53,252 nucleotides of DNA from Mayamaea pseudoterrestris (GCA_027923505.1 BROI01000020.1:620001-673252), one strand, 5' to 3'; counted from the first letter of the stretch, positions 9,236 through 20,721 are shown. Numbers and translations: made by a program. The notes: generated from the letters alone by a model not told the origin.

Positions 9236-12205
9236 CTAAAAGTCCAAAGGCTCTTGATAACGCCTCGACGACTGTAACGGAGTCTCGTTTCCGTCTGCAT
9301 CGATCTCATCAAGCTCCTCGTCCCAATCACCGGGCTCGTCGTGGACAGTAATCCATCGTAGACAATTCTGCTTCGTCCCATGTATCGCCATTGTAAACTC
9401 GTCTTTAGCGTCCTCCTCCGAGCTCGTTGATCGAACTGACCTATCGTCGTCATCGTCGCTTAGCCGCTTCACAGGAGAGACAACATACGAAGCCTTGTCT
9501 TGAAACGTGTCCTGGTCCGTCACGCCGTACAAACCTAGCGCGCGGCCACGAGCCAGTCGTCGCTGCAACGACTTTGGCAGGCTACGTGGGTCGGTATCGA
9601 CAAACACAAACAATGGATGTTTGGACATGCGACATTGCTCCAAGTGCTCACGCAACCACGCCATTTGAGGTGAATCTCTGCCGAATGCTTCCTCGCTAGA
9701 TGTTAACGCAATGCACTGAATGCCCAAGATCCAAAACGAAAAGAACGCAGACCCGTCATGACATACTACTGGAATCGTTTCGCTAATCCGGGACAAGAGC
9801 TTGCGACACTTTTCATCAAGGTAGCCAGCGGCAACGCAAAGCTTGGGTCGCTTTCGGTTCACTGCAGAAATAGACTTCTTGAGCAGTTTGATCCACTCCT
9901 TTCGCTGCTCTTCCAAGCATGATTCGTTCAATTGTCTTACGAACAATGGATTCGTCATGTGCACAATACGAGTCGCTCCCAAATCGACGGGCTTACCGTG
10001 TGGATCATTTACGGTTGCTCGCGGCGCCTTGCCTTGATCATCCGTCATTTGCGTCAAACCGACAAAGTCGCGCGAAATAGGACGAACTCTGTCAAGCCGA
10101 CACAGATATTGATCTTCAAAAAACCGGGCATACAATCTAGGCTCTCGTAACAGTTTCATGCGCTCCAGTATGTGCATCACTGCAGCTCGATCGTCAGGGT
10201 TGAGTCGCATCATGTCGTGACTAGAGCCATCGCCGGGTGGATGCTCGTCGCATACCTCCAAACTGAGAGAATCCTCATGCGCCAGCTCGGCAACGGCGCG
10301 AATGCACAAGTCGCGAAGAGATGGTACTGGCGTTACATGCAAGGCTCGAGGAAGCTCCTTGCGGACCGACTTGAAGTATGGATGATTACGAATCTCGTCG
10401 TAGCCGCCTGGTTTGGCTTGCATACTTCGCTTGCCGTCGCTTGATACACAAAGACTGAAAGCATCGGCTCCGATTCGTTTGGTAGGATCAAGCTGCAGTA
10501 GCTTTTGAATCAAGTCCCAAGCATTGTCATCGACAATTCCTGGCGCTCGTACCAAGTTGCACCGCTTAATTTTCAAAAACGCCAGATATGGTGATGGACA
10601 CCAAAAGGGAGTGCGGCCCGCCTGCAAAATATACAAGACACATCCAAGCGCCCACAAGTCACTCGTGTGCAGTGCTCCAACCTCATCAGCGCCACTCTTT
10701 TGCTCGTCACCCTTGCCTTCGACTGACTCTGGACTCATAAAGTCCGGCGTTCCAACAAACTCGGGTCCATTCAAGTCGGTTTCAATCAAGTCCTTGGCCG
10801 TTCCAAAATCAAGGAGGACAATGTGACCGTGCCGATTCAGCATGACTGTGCGAAACAAGGAGAAAGCAATGTGTGAGTACAACATTGGCTGCACTGTCGC
10901 TCTCGCATTATATAACGTGAGAAAACAAATAGCGCCACTATCAATATACTCACTATTCTCCGGCTTGATATCTCGGTGCACAATGCCGCGCGAGTGAATA
11001 AACTCCAGCGCCGCCACGAGCTCGTACATCCATATTTTGGTTTGCGACGGATGCGCGCCCACCATGAACCGCGTAATGGTCGGTTGCTGCGCATGCTGCT
11101 GCTCGTCATTCTTGGCGTTCCATGCGGCAATGCGAAGCTCGCTCCACAAGTCGCCCCATTGATGGTGCAGCTCCATGAGGTAGTAGAGGCTATTGTAGTC
11201 TTGAAAGGTGGCGTACATTTGAATGACAAAGCGACGCCCCGCGTCAAACTGATTGTTTTCATCGCCATGATTGATAGTCAATCGCTCCATGAGTACTCTT
11301 CGCTCCATTTGAATCTCGTTCCAAACGTTTGGGTGCTGTCGCTTGGCCAGGTCGGCCGCCTGCTGCTTGGAAATTTGCTTGAGGGCAAACTGTTTGCCCG
11401 TCGTCTTGTGCGTCACCAAGTACACTTCGGTAAAGTTGCCGCTTCCGAGTGACACGTTGGGGTCTTTGATAAAGTCCTTGATGGAGAGCGACGCGTAATT
11501 GACAGTTCTCGAATTATTGTCAGCAGCTGGTCTCGCCACCAAGGCAGCCTCCAAGCAATGGTTCCAGAGCGACTCGAAGGCCTTGCGCTGGCCGTCAACG
11601 GAAGAAGGAGCAGCAGCAGTAGTCGCTTCCAAAGTAGTATCTGCTACCGTAGCATCACCTTGACGTTCAGTTACTGCATTCGCATCACTTGCTGCTGCTG
11701 CATCCGCAACAGAATCCATTTGCTCCATAGCGGATTGAATCACTTGTTTGGCCACTTCGTAATCATGGAGCGCCAAAAGCGCACTCACCAAGCGAAAGGA
11801 CGCCTTGAGATTGTGCGGATCCAAATGTAGCGCCCGCTGCGCGTTACTCTTGGCCTCGTCGTATTCCTGCATTTTGGCGTGGCAGGCGGATCGGTTGCAG
11901 TAATTGACAATGAGGAGTGACTGAATTTGCGACTGCTGCGATGGATGCGCTGAATGTTCCGTCTGCTGCTGCTGCGCGCTGCCGTTTGGCATTGTCTCCT
12001 CACTGTCATGCTCGACAGTGTTATTCGTTTCATTCAGTAACGCTTGCTCCAATGAATGAATCGCCAGCGAGTACAGTTGCACCGCCGTTTCGTAGCGTTG
12101 CAGTCGAAACTGATGGTTTCCCTGCTGCCGCCACTCGTCCACTTGCTCGAGAAGCGAAAGAGAGTTTTCATTGTCGTTTGATGTAAGCGTCTCCGCGTCG
12201 TTCAT
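9236..12205 (-). CDS. TPR + PDK1-like AGC Ser/Thr kinase + degenerate CPPED1-like metallophosphoesterase fusion; one 108-bp intron (10846-10953)
   Basis: TPR motifs: WRQQGNHQF...AVQLYSLAI, NRSACH...EAKSNAQRALHLDP. Kinase motifs: LGSGNF, ALK, HRDIKPEN, DFGTAK, FVGTPDFMSPE, DLWALGC. Removing the GTGAGT...CACAG intron restores DIKPENIML. Likely start is ATG 12205 (MNDAETL). Confidence 0.9.
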   Translation of the reverse strand: MNDAETLTSNDNENSLSLLEQVDEWRQQGNHQFRLQRYETAVQLYSLAIHSLEQALLNETNNTVEHDSEETMPNGSAQQQQTEHSAHPSQQSQIQSLLIVNYCNRSACHAKMQEYDEAKSNAQRALHLDPHNLKASFRLVSALLALHDYEVAKQVIQSAMEQMDSVADAAAASDANAVTERQGDATVADTTLEATTAAAPSSVDGQRKAFESLWNHCLEAALVARPAADNNSRTVNYASLSIKDFIKDPNVSLGSGNFTEVYLVTHKTTGKQFALKQISKQQAADLAKRQHPNVWNEIQMERRVLMERLTINHGDENNQFDAGRRFVIQMYATFQDYNSLYYLMELHHQWGDLWSELRIAAWNAKNDEQQHAQQPTITRFMVGAHPSQTKIWMYELVAALEFIHSRGIVHRDIKPENSEYIDSGAICFLTLYNARATVQPMLYSHIAFSLFRTVMLNRHGHIVLLDFGTAKDLIETDLNGPEFVGTPDFMSPESVEGKGDEQKSGADEVGALHTSDLWALGCVLYILQAGRTPFWCPSPYLAFLKIKRCNLVRAPGIVDDNAWDLIQKLLQLDPTKRIGADAFSLCVSSDGKRSMQAKPGGYDEIRNHPYFKSVRKELPRALHVTPVPSLRDLCIRAVAELAHEDSLSLEVCDEHPPGDGSSHDMMRLNPDDRAAVMHILERMKLLREPRLYARFFEDQYLCRLDRVRPISRDFVGLTQMTDDQGKAPRATVNDPHGKPVDLGATRIVHMTNPLFVRQLNESCLEEQRKEWIKLLKKSISAVNRKRPKLCVAAGYLDEKCRKLLSRISETIPVVCHDGSAFFSFWILGIQCIALTSSEEAFGRDSPQMAWLREHLEQCRMSKHPLFVFVDTDPRSLPKSLQRRLARGRALGLYGVTDQDTFQDKASYVVSPVKRLSDDDDDRSVRSTSSEEDAKDEFTMAIHGTKQNCLRWITVHDEPGDWDEELDEIDADGNETPLQSSRRYQEPLDF

Positions 12206-12491
12206 GTTATTGTTACGTCGCGCACGAGTTAGCTTGTATCTTACAGTTGATCCCGAAAGGAAAGGGTGCCGAGATGCTTGCTTTTGCGTGGTGATTGTCC
12301 TGCTTGCAAAATGTCGCATGAGAACCGATACGACTGATTTTGCGTCAGAAATGACTCCTCTTGCAGTCATTTCAGCTTCTTTTCACGACGTGAATCACAT
12401 CCACAAAAGCTTGCTCGTCGCCATGATAAGTTGTTGATCCCACGAAGCCTGCACAAGCCGAGAGAGAGCTAGCATAATACATATATAAATC

Positions 12492-14210
12492 ATGGCATTA
12501 ACGGAACGAAGGAGCAGCGTCGTTCGATCCATTGACGAGGACGACGGAATCATTTTGCTCGACGACTCGTTCATTCGTAACGATTTCAGCAGTAGAAGTT
12601 GGAACGATGAGCCAGCGGGAGAGTTTATCAATTTAAAGCAAAGTAGTCAGAAGAGACGGAAACAAGTGATTAAAAGCAGCAAGTCGAGCAGCAGCGACGG
12701 GGCGACTTGTCGAGACGGCATGATCATTTGGTCCATTGTTTTCATATTAGCTGGATTCGTCGTTGGAATTCTAATGGAGCGGCGCAATCCAAACATTTTG
12801 ATCAAAACCATGGTCAAGGATACTACGAGTCAAGTAACTGGAGGAGGCATGACGAGTGAAAGCAGTAATGGCGTTCCGCGTAAGTATTATGTTGAAGCGA
12901 GAGAAACAGAATTTGTGTTTCACTATTGAAACATGCTTGGATCTCCTGCTTATCATTCATTATGCGATTCAATTGTCGCAGAAATTATTGCGACCGATGC
13001 ACCGTATCCGGCTCCTATTGCGCCTCCTCCTGCTCCCGTTACTGTTGCTTTGCCGGCTCTTGAACCGGCAGTCGTTGCACCTCCAGTTTCGCAACCAGCT
13101 ATCGAGACTGATACAGCAACAATAGCATTATCCGCCTCGACGCGCTGGCCGCAGCGCGACTCTCGCATTCGCGACGCCATGACGCAAGGAACCCGCATTG
13201 CGTCCAACCAACATGAAGCCTTTGCAGCTGGTCCAAACGATCCCTACTACACGTTTAACAACGTGCGATACGAGGCTCCGCCACCGAAACTTGCGACTGT
13301 TGTCACGGCAATGTACGACTTGGCGAGCAACAGCAAGCACACGCGACAAGAGTATGAAACGTGGCTTGACCTGCTGCTCGTGTGCACCAGTCCCATGGTC
13401 ATTTTCGTGGACGAGCAATACTTGGAATACGTGAAGGAGCGTCGCCAACACGCGCCGACTCTAGTGGCATTACTTTCGTTTGACGCCATCACCATGGCGA
13501 GTACATTCTCCGACGATTTTTGGAAGAACGAGGTGCTGCCGCTTGACGGTGATCCAGCCACGGCGTTGATTGACGTTTACAAGATTCGCAACGAGCAAAT
13601 GGTGCGTGCGTCGGGAGCTAAAGTAGTTGTTTAGGTCGATGAATGCAGGAGGAGGCGACTCACATACTTCTTCACTTGCGCACAGATTTTCATGCACGAG
13701 GTGGCGCTTTACAATCCATTTGAAACGGAACTATTCTTCTGGTGCGACGCTTCCTACTTCCGCCACAATCACTGGCATTCACGAAACATTCCGGTGATTC
13801 GCAACAACATTACGGCGCACAACGTTCCATTACATCAAGGACTCTTTCTCAAGCCGTATCCCGAGCACAATCAACTTGGCGGAGGCCTCTGGGGTGCGCA
13901 CGGCAAGGCCATGCCTGACTTGTACGAAGCTTACTTTGAAACGTTTTGGTACATGGCAAAGCACAAGCTACCATTCATTGGCAACGACGACAAAATCATG
14001 ACGTTCATGTGCCAGAGCTTTCCAGATCTTTGCAAAGTAGTTGTTGGTAATGGCGACTTGAGGCTGTTTGGACATAACTTTTTGCGGTCTGTCACACTTC
14101 CCTTTGACCCTGCACCAGTGTCGCTGCAAGTGGAGGGTCAAGCGCTCGTGGAACTGCCAGTCGATTTTCCGACGTTGACGAATGTCATTACGTCGAGCGA
14201 GGCAGTGTGA
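12492..14210 (+). CDS. Type II membrane protein with HtrL/YibB-like (putative glycosyltransferase) domain; 3 exons (12492-12879, 12982-13601, 13686-14210)
   Basis: One TM helix (MIIWSIVFILAGFVVGILM), a Pro-rich stem, then TVVTAMYDL...PMVIFVD...NPFETELFFWCDASYFR, as in HtrL-family proteins. Introns 12880-12981 and 13602-13685 join three ORFs in frame. Confidence 0.8.
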
Positions 14211-15057
14211 TAGCCTTTTCATCCGTTCGAATAAATTCTGTGATTGACGCCGCCGGCGGAGCGGCTTCTCCCGAGTTCCGCCGCGATTGGCAAAACTACT
14301 GCTAATGCTGCCGATGAAAGTAACCTCCATTCGGTACTATGACGATACCGTGACCCGGTTAACCTATTTTTAAGACGCTCATTGCTTTTTAGTAAGAATC
14401 GACAGCTTTTTTCTGCCTCACGTGACAGCATAGCAAAGGATACCTACCGACATGGTCCCTGAGCTGCTGGTGGCTGGTAATTAATATTCAGGCATACTTT
14501 CTCAACGTGCCGTCGTCTCCAAATAGCAGGAAGTCAATGCAGCTCGTTAGGTATAACGAATGAAGCTTCTACATGTACATCAAGTCGCAAGGAGCTAGTT
14601 CAGGTTCAGTAGTTGTTGGCACGTTTGGTGGAAGAAGCCTCATCGGAACTTACGAGCTCCTTTCGAGTTCCGAGGAAGGGTCATTAAAGGTCATTTCGAC
14701 ATGATTATGACTATCTGGCGCAATAGATCCATCGAAGAACAGCAACAAAGGAATGCTCAAGTCACAATTGATGAAAATGACTCACTTGTAGACGCTTGAA
14801 TGAAGCGCAGGAAGCCGTCGCAACTCAACTTCTACCATCAGTTACTGCATCGAACAAACCCTTGTTCGCCGGAGACCATGTTTGGTTGCAGCTGTGGCGT
14901 ATGGAATTGGCATTGCAGGTTCTCTGAGACGGGGAGCGTCTGATTTTAAAAGTTTGGCAAAGATCGCATGTCGCATGTTTGGCATGCTCACTTTTTGTCA
15001 TCTAACACTTTGTCTCATTATTTTACAACGCTTCTACTCCAAATTTGCACAAACAAC

Positions 15058-15688
15058 ATGCTCTGCAATCTCAGCTGTAAGTGATAGCACCGTGACAGAC
15101 ATTGCGCTTGGCCGATGACAATGAACGAGTGGCTCGTCTATCTTCTGACCAGCAATTTATTGCAGTAAACTCGCCGCAAATCTCACTAATACTTCTTCCT
15201 CAATCATTACAGACAATACTATTACGCAAGTCATGGACTCGTGGGAGGAGCTCCGCAAGATAAAGCGATACGAGGAGGTGGCTGGAAGTAAGCTCTTTCA
15301 AACCTTTTTCGTCCGCTGCCCCCAAGCCAAAGTTTTGTTCGGATTAGCGTACGATGCCGACATGACTAGCGAAGATGTCTTGAATAGCAAGCCATTCTTG
15401 ATGCATGCGTCGTATCTTATTGAAATGTTTGATACGGCGCTCAACATGCTTGGGCCCGACATGGACCTGCCATCAGCCGTTATGGCGGATCTTGGTGCTA
15501 AGCATGTTCGCTATGGCGTTAAGAGCCATATGTTTGAAGTCATGGGTTCATGTCTAGTGCTGATGCTGATTGATATCTTGGGCGTCAAAGTCATGACTCC
15601 AAAAGTCCAGCAGGCTTGGAAGGAGACGTATGGCGCTCTCTCGGGCGACATGATTAGCGCGCAAAAGGCGCTCAGTGCGAGCAACTAG
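15058..15688 (+). CDS. Single-domain globin; 2 exons (15058-15076, 15213-15688)
   Basis: Spliced N-terminus MLCNLSYNTITQVMDSWEELR (intron 15077-15212, GTAAGT...TACAG). Globin hallmarks: A-helix SW, CD1 Phe (PQAKVLF), distal His (FLMHA), proximal His (LGAKHVRYGV), H-helix QQAWKETY. Confidence 0.9.
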
Positions 15689-16077
15689 CAGCGTCTTTAA
15701 TAAACCTTTTATTAGCAGCCACTTTAATATTGAACTTGTTGTTGTTAACCGTATAGAATCGCGCGACTAGGTAGTGCGCGATACCAGCAGGTTATGGGCC
15801 TTATGCAGTGCTTTAGGTTTTCCCGGCGCTTCAGCGGACACGCTCCAACCCACCAAAATAATGGTCTCTTGTAAGTGCTCCGTTAAAGATCCCGTGAAGC
15901 ATTTTCCGGCAACTCCGACTTTTACGTCGGGAATGTTCCGCGATATTTAGCACCTTTCCGCCGCTCGCAAATATTTCCAATGCGCTCGGCGGCGTCAAAA
16001 TCTCAGCATTACGAGTGTAGCACCGCCATAGCTTACTCGACTCCCTCTTTCGTCTTTTTTTATAACTGTGCATTACC

Positions 16078-17859
16078 ATGACGACACATCGAGACTCTTC
16101 TGCGATTGATTTGCGTGAAGCAAACCCGTTTGAAGCGCAGTGGCTGGCTCTGGGACCCCAGGAAGCAAATCTTGCCAAGCTGTTCAAGATAGTTCTTGGT
16201 TTCAGAGTTAGTGCTGGCCGACATTGGCAGCATCCTCTCATAACTGACGCAAACATATCTACCGCCTTAACTGATGTGCAAGCTGTTTTGGAGTTCATGG
16301 CCAAGCATGGCATACCCAACGAAGACAAGATTAATAAGGTCGATAAGGAGTTAATAACCTGGTATGTGCGCTCCTGCCACATGGACCAGGCCGCATTCAA
16401 AGCAGCAAGTAACTCCAAACTTGAGCATGAACGACAACTTGCAACGCGTATCGCTACGGATGATTGGGTCAAAGGCATTCTCACACAGCAAAAGGTTCTC
16501 TTTATGACTGATTGCTGTCTTTTGGCAGGTGCAGACGGCCTGCCCAACCTATTGGAAGGAGTGCATTATGCAAAAAACCTCGAACAGCTGCGCGCAATGA
16601 TTCGAAACACGGGCTGCTGGAATGTCCCCGGCAGGGGTGATCGCTGCGCGAGGCTTGATCGTATGCAAAGACTTGCGCTGCAAGCTTGGGCCGCTACATG
16701 CCCGGCTCCATTGAATTCCTTCCACTCAGCAGCAGTGAGATTGGACCAACATCCATCTTTGTCAACTGCCTGTCCGGAAGCCCTTTATCTCCAAACGATC
16801 GAAAGCACATTGAACGCCTCGGTGGCGAGCATGCCCAAGTAAGTCTAGCGTATCTTTGTTAAAATGACGTTTTTGGATCATGATCTAATTGTTTAACTAT
16901 TTTCTTGCAGAGAAACAACAAGCATGGATGGCACGGGATTGTTAGCCCACGAAGGCGCGTCGGCCAAGCGCCACAAGAGAAATGAAAAGCCCGCCGCACT
17001 CGACGAGCAGCATTTAAAGGTCAAGCTGGACGATGGTCACCACGAAGAAGCTGCATTCGAGGAGCAAGACTGCAACATTGACCACGACAACGATTTCGAG
17101 CAACTCCACATGGAACAGAGCGCTTCGAACAGTGGAGGTGCAGTCAACAGCACGGAATGGGAGGTAGGTCAAGAGTGTGCATCAGACGAGAATGAATATC
17201 CCGAGCTCCAAAAGCTCCATACTTATCAGGACGAAGACATCTTCATCGTCAAGCTGCTTGGAAATGAATTTTGGTGCAACGATGCGTCAATTATTAAACA
17301 TACCTTGGGCGTACTGCTTGCTCTCCAGCAACGTTCCATACAAAGCGCTCTCACCTTTGCGCATTGGAATGGATATGCACTGTTGAGAGGGTTGATGAAA
17401 AAGTGGGACAAGTTCGAGTTTGTGCAGCTGGCTGCCTTGACGCTTCTCGGCCACACGGCGGGAAACGATGATCAAATCGCTGAACGTCTTCTCGCTGAGC
17501 AAGGCTTGTTCGAGTCGGTATTTTCGGCACTCCAGCAACACGACAATAAGTACATGGCCGAGGCGGTTTTTTGCGCGGCTGCTGCCATGGCAATTGGGAA
17601 CGGAAATGTAAAACACATCGTAGAGGAACATGAAGGAATAGAGAAGGCTGTCGCTACGATGGAGGAATACCCGAATTGTGAGCCCGTACAGTCAGCTTGC
17701 ATCACCTTCCTTCACGCTATCAGTGAAGACGGACAGTTTCACCAACGGTTTCGCAAATGCAAAGGAGGCAATATGCTACTGAGAGCCATTGACCGCTTCT
17801 CTGGAAATGACGCTCTGCGCAATGAGGCCTTGGCAGTCATTGCCCCTCTCCTTTTGTAA
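16078..17859 (+). CDS. Hypothetical protein with C-terminal armadillo-like helical repeats; 2 exons (16078-16838, 16911-17859)
   Basis: Intron 16839-16910 (GTAAGT...CTAAT...TTGCAG) joins the 254-aa and 311-aa ORFs in frame. The C-terminus has ARM-like repeats (VQLAALTLLGH, GIEKAVATMEEYPNCEPVQSACITFL). Confidence 0.7.
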
Positions 17860-18170
17860 CGGTACTGTTCTTCCCGAATTTCTTGCCTGAGACGGAAAGT
17901 TATTAAGCTGTTGCTGTTATTGCAAGTATACATAAAGTAGCCTTTAAGTTTATCATGAGTAATAGTTCATCGTAAAGCTTATTGGTTCAATATTTGCTCG
18001 CCACCTTTCAGACGAGTTTGGAAGCAAGTCGTCTCGCCCCATTCATGCCTCCGCCGCCACCATTTACACGCAACCAAGCCTTGATTCTTCGTCGCTTTCG
18101 TCCCTTCGTTACCTGTGCTTGGTCGGCAGTCGCGCTTTCCTTTCTTCGTCGCTTTCCTTTCTTCGTGACG

Positions 18171-18983
18171 CTATTGCTTGGTCGGCAGTCGAACGTATAC
18201 ATTGTACGACGCTCCACCACTCGCCGCACCAGCATTTTCAATCCAAATGGATTCGTCCATATACGCCGTCGCCATCACATTGCTTCGTCCCTGGAGCAGT
18301 CCAAACATACCAATGGGAAACTGCTTGATAATCTTAAAGGCGTCGAAGGACACCGACTGGTAAATCATGGTGAGTTCGTTGACGTCATTCGTTTCGTAGC
18401 TGCACTTGGCCGCAATCTGCTCCAAGCCCGCCGCCGCGCCCGCAAAGACGAGCGAGTATGTGAGTGTGTCGGCCGATGTGACATCGATGCGAATCGTGGC
18501 TCCCTTTGGTAGTGCAGCAGCAGAGTCACTTGTCTGTTGACCATTGTCAACGCTGGCGCACAGCACCCACGACGAACCAATCAAGTCGGGTGAAACATTC
18601 ATTGTTGCCGCTCGACTGTTTGCCAACGTTTCCGCATACTGAAACACTTGTGTTCGCTTGGCTGGTGCCAGTGCCGATGGTAGCAGTGGCGCGTTTGACA
18701 GGACGGATTCGGGAACGAGCTGCGCGCGAAGCTCCTGCAAGGCGAATTCCTCGGCGCGGGATAATGAATTAGATGCTGATGTATCTGTAGTTGTAGATAG
18801 TCCATTGGATGAACCTGCATGTAGTATGGTAGTCTGATGGAGTCTCTTGCTGGAATGACTCGAGTCTGGTTTTGGTGTTGATTGCTGACGCGACGAAACT
18901 CTGGGAGCTACAAACGCGTCTGAAAGACTCGCCGCGAGCAGCCAAACAGCGAGACTGGTTCGTTGACTTATAGTTGAATGCAT
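18171..18983 (-). CDS. Plastid-targeted protein, probably PAP/fibrillin-like
   Basis: Start MHSTISQRTSLAVWLLAASLSDA|FVAP (signal peptide plus ASAFAP-type motif), then a Ser/Thr-rich transit peptide. The mature part has LIGSSWVL and TAYMDESIWIE, resembling fibrillin G-x-W and T-Y-x-D motifs. Confidence 0.65.
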   Translation of the reverse strand: MHSTISQRTSLAVWLLAASLSDAFVAPRVSSRQQSTPKPDSSHSSKRLHQTTILHAGSSNGLSTTTDTSASNSLSRAEEFALQELRAQLVPESVLSNAPLLPSALAPAKRTQVFQYAETLANSRAATMNVSPDLIGSSWVLCASVDNGQQTSDSAAALPKGATIRIDVTSADTLTYSLVFAGAAAGLEQIAAKCSYETNDVNELTMIYQSVSFDAFKIIKQFPIGMFGLLQGRSNVMATAYMDESIWIENAGAASGGASYNVYVRLPTKQ

Positions 18984-19236
18984 AATGATTGATTTGTAAA
19001 ACTTGTGACTGGATGTATACAGTAAGTAGTGAGTTGTGGAGGTGCATGACGAGCGACAGCAGCTCATGGTTGATGGAATCGAAACGTGACGGATGACTCG
19101 ATCCGACACGACTGAGTCGTTCTTTTCATAACTACGTCATAACCGCTCCGACAAAGCGTGACTGCGACCTCGACTCGTGTCTTGGCGCAACGCCTCCCTC
19201 CATTTCGTTTCCCTTGAAGCTTTCACATTGATCGTC

Positions 19237-20721
19237 ATGAACTACTACAATTACAGCAGCAGCAGCGCTAGCAGCAACCAGCAGAGCCTCCTGATTGTCT
19301 CTGGCATTAGCTTCGTCCTTGGCGCCTGCAGCATTTACTTGGCGTCGCTGGCTCACGTCAAGCAGCAGCAGCAGCAGCAGCAGCAACTATATGACAACCA
19401 CGACTTGGAACTGCGAGAAGATAAAGACAGCAGCAACGATGCTAATTCCATCATTTACATGGACTACAATGGAACGACTCCAGTGACTCCCAGTGTACTG
19501 CAGGCCATGACTCCGTACTTTACCAAGCACTACGGCAATCCAAGCAGTAGTCACGTCTTGGCGACTGCACCAAAACAGGCCATGTCCAAGGCGCGCTTAC
19601 AAATTTTGACGCATCTACTTGGTGTGAGCAACGAGGCAGCTGAGTCCATGGAGTCATCCATTGTGTTCACCTCGTGCGGCACCGAGTCGGACAATCTTGC
19701 CATTCAGCTCGCGCTGCAGCTGCATCACGCCAAGCGAAGCAGGGAGGCAAACGAGTCGCAGCAACAGGACAACAATGACAACGAAAATACATCATTTCTT
19801 CCACACATTGTCACTACCAACGTGGAGCATCCCGCCGTCGAACAATACTTGCAGCACTTGGAGCGCCGCCACGAATGCATCGTCTCGTACGTGCCAGTGC
19901 AATCAAACGGTTGCGTCCGCGCCAGCGACGTGATTGCTGCCATGACGCCTCGCACCATTCTAGTCACTCTCATGCACGCCAACAACGAGTCGGGGGCGCT
20001 GCAGCCAGTGGCGGAACTTTGCGACTATATACGCAAAAACCAGCTACCCATCTTGGTGCATTCCGATGCGGCCCAGTCGGCGGCTAAAGTTTCCGTCAAA
20101 CTACGCGACCTCAAGCAGCCGCACATGGTCAGTCTGGTCGGACACAAGCTGGGAGCGCCAAAGGGAGTGGCGTGCTTGTACATGGATGCAGAGTTGGTGG
20201 CGGACATTCAAAAGTGCGGCGTGAACAAACATGGTGTTTCTACGATTGGCGGCGCCCAAGAGTTTGGTCTACGTGCCGGAACACCCAATGTTCCATACAT
20301 TGTCGGCATGGGCCAGGCAGCCGAGGAGGCGGCGAGTCATTTGCAGCAGCATGCCAGTCATTTGGAGCAGCTGCGTAGTCGACTCTTGGCGCAACTGATC
20401 AAGCACCTTGGTTCTGACAATGTGCGAGCCAATGGACCCGACGAAGCTTCCTTGCGACTCCCAAACACGCTGTCGGTTGGTATTCGCAACGTTCACAGTG
20501 GCGACTTGCTCCAAGCCATTGGCCACCAGGTCGCGGCATCGGCGGGCGCCACTTGTCACTCAACACAAGGCGTCTCCAGCGTGCTGCAAGCCATGCGAGT
20601 GCCAATCGAGTTTGCGCGCGGCACCTTGCGACTGTCACTGGGACCGTTTCTGACGGAGCGAGACGTTGATCGAGCGGCGGAAATCATTGCGGCGCAAGCC
20701 AAGCGACAAATGGAAGACTGA
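19237..20721 (+). CDS. Class V PLP enzyme: cysteine desulfurase / selenocysteine lyase-like
   Basis: Motifs YMDYNGTTP, GNPSS, TSCGTESDN, VEHPAV, HANNESG, HSDAAQS, VGHKLGAPKG (PLP Lys), RAGTPNV, SAGATCHS (catalytic Cys), LRLSLG. N-terminal hydrophobic segment and polyQ. Confidence 0.92.
   Translation: MNYYNYSSSSASSNQQSLLIVSGISFVLGACSIYLASLAHVKQQQQQQQQLYDNHDLELREDKDSSNDANSIIYMDYNGTTPVTPSVLQAMTPYFTKHYGNPSSSHVLATAPKQAMSKARLQILTHLLGVSNEAAESMESSIVFTSCGTESDNLAIQLALQLHHAKRSREANESQQQDNNDNENTSFLPHIVTTNVEHPAVEQYLQHLERRHECIVSYVPVQSNGCVRASDVIAAMTPRTILVTLMHANNESGALQPVAELCDYIRKNQLPILVHSDAAQSAAKVSVKLRDLKQPHMVSLVGHKLGAPKGVACLYMDAELVADIQKCGVNKHGVSTIGGAQEFGLRAGTPNVPYIVGMGQAAEEAASHLQQHASHLEQLRSRLLAQLIKHLGSDNVRANGPDEASLRLPNTLSVGIRNVHSGDLLQAIGHQVAASAGATCHSTQGVSSVLQAMRVPIEFARGTLRLSLGPFLTERDVDRAAEIIAAQAKRQMED

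Noticed and set aside
15815..16000. Cluster of TTTCCCGG / TTTCCGCC-like (E2F-type) sites upstream of 16078
   Set aside because: Matches are short and imperfect and cannot be separated from chance without enrichment statistics.
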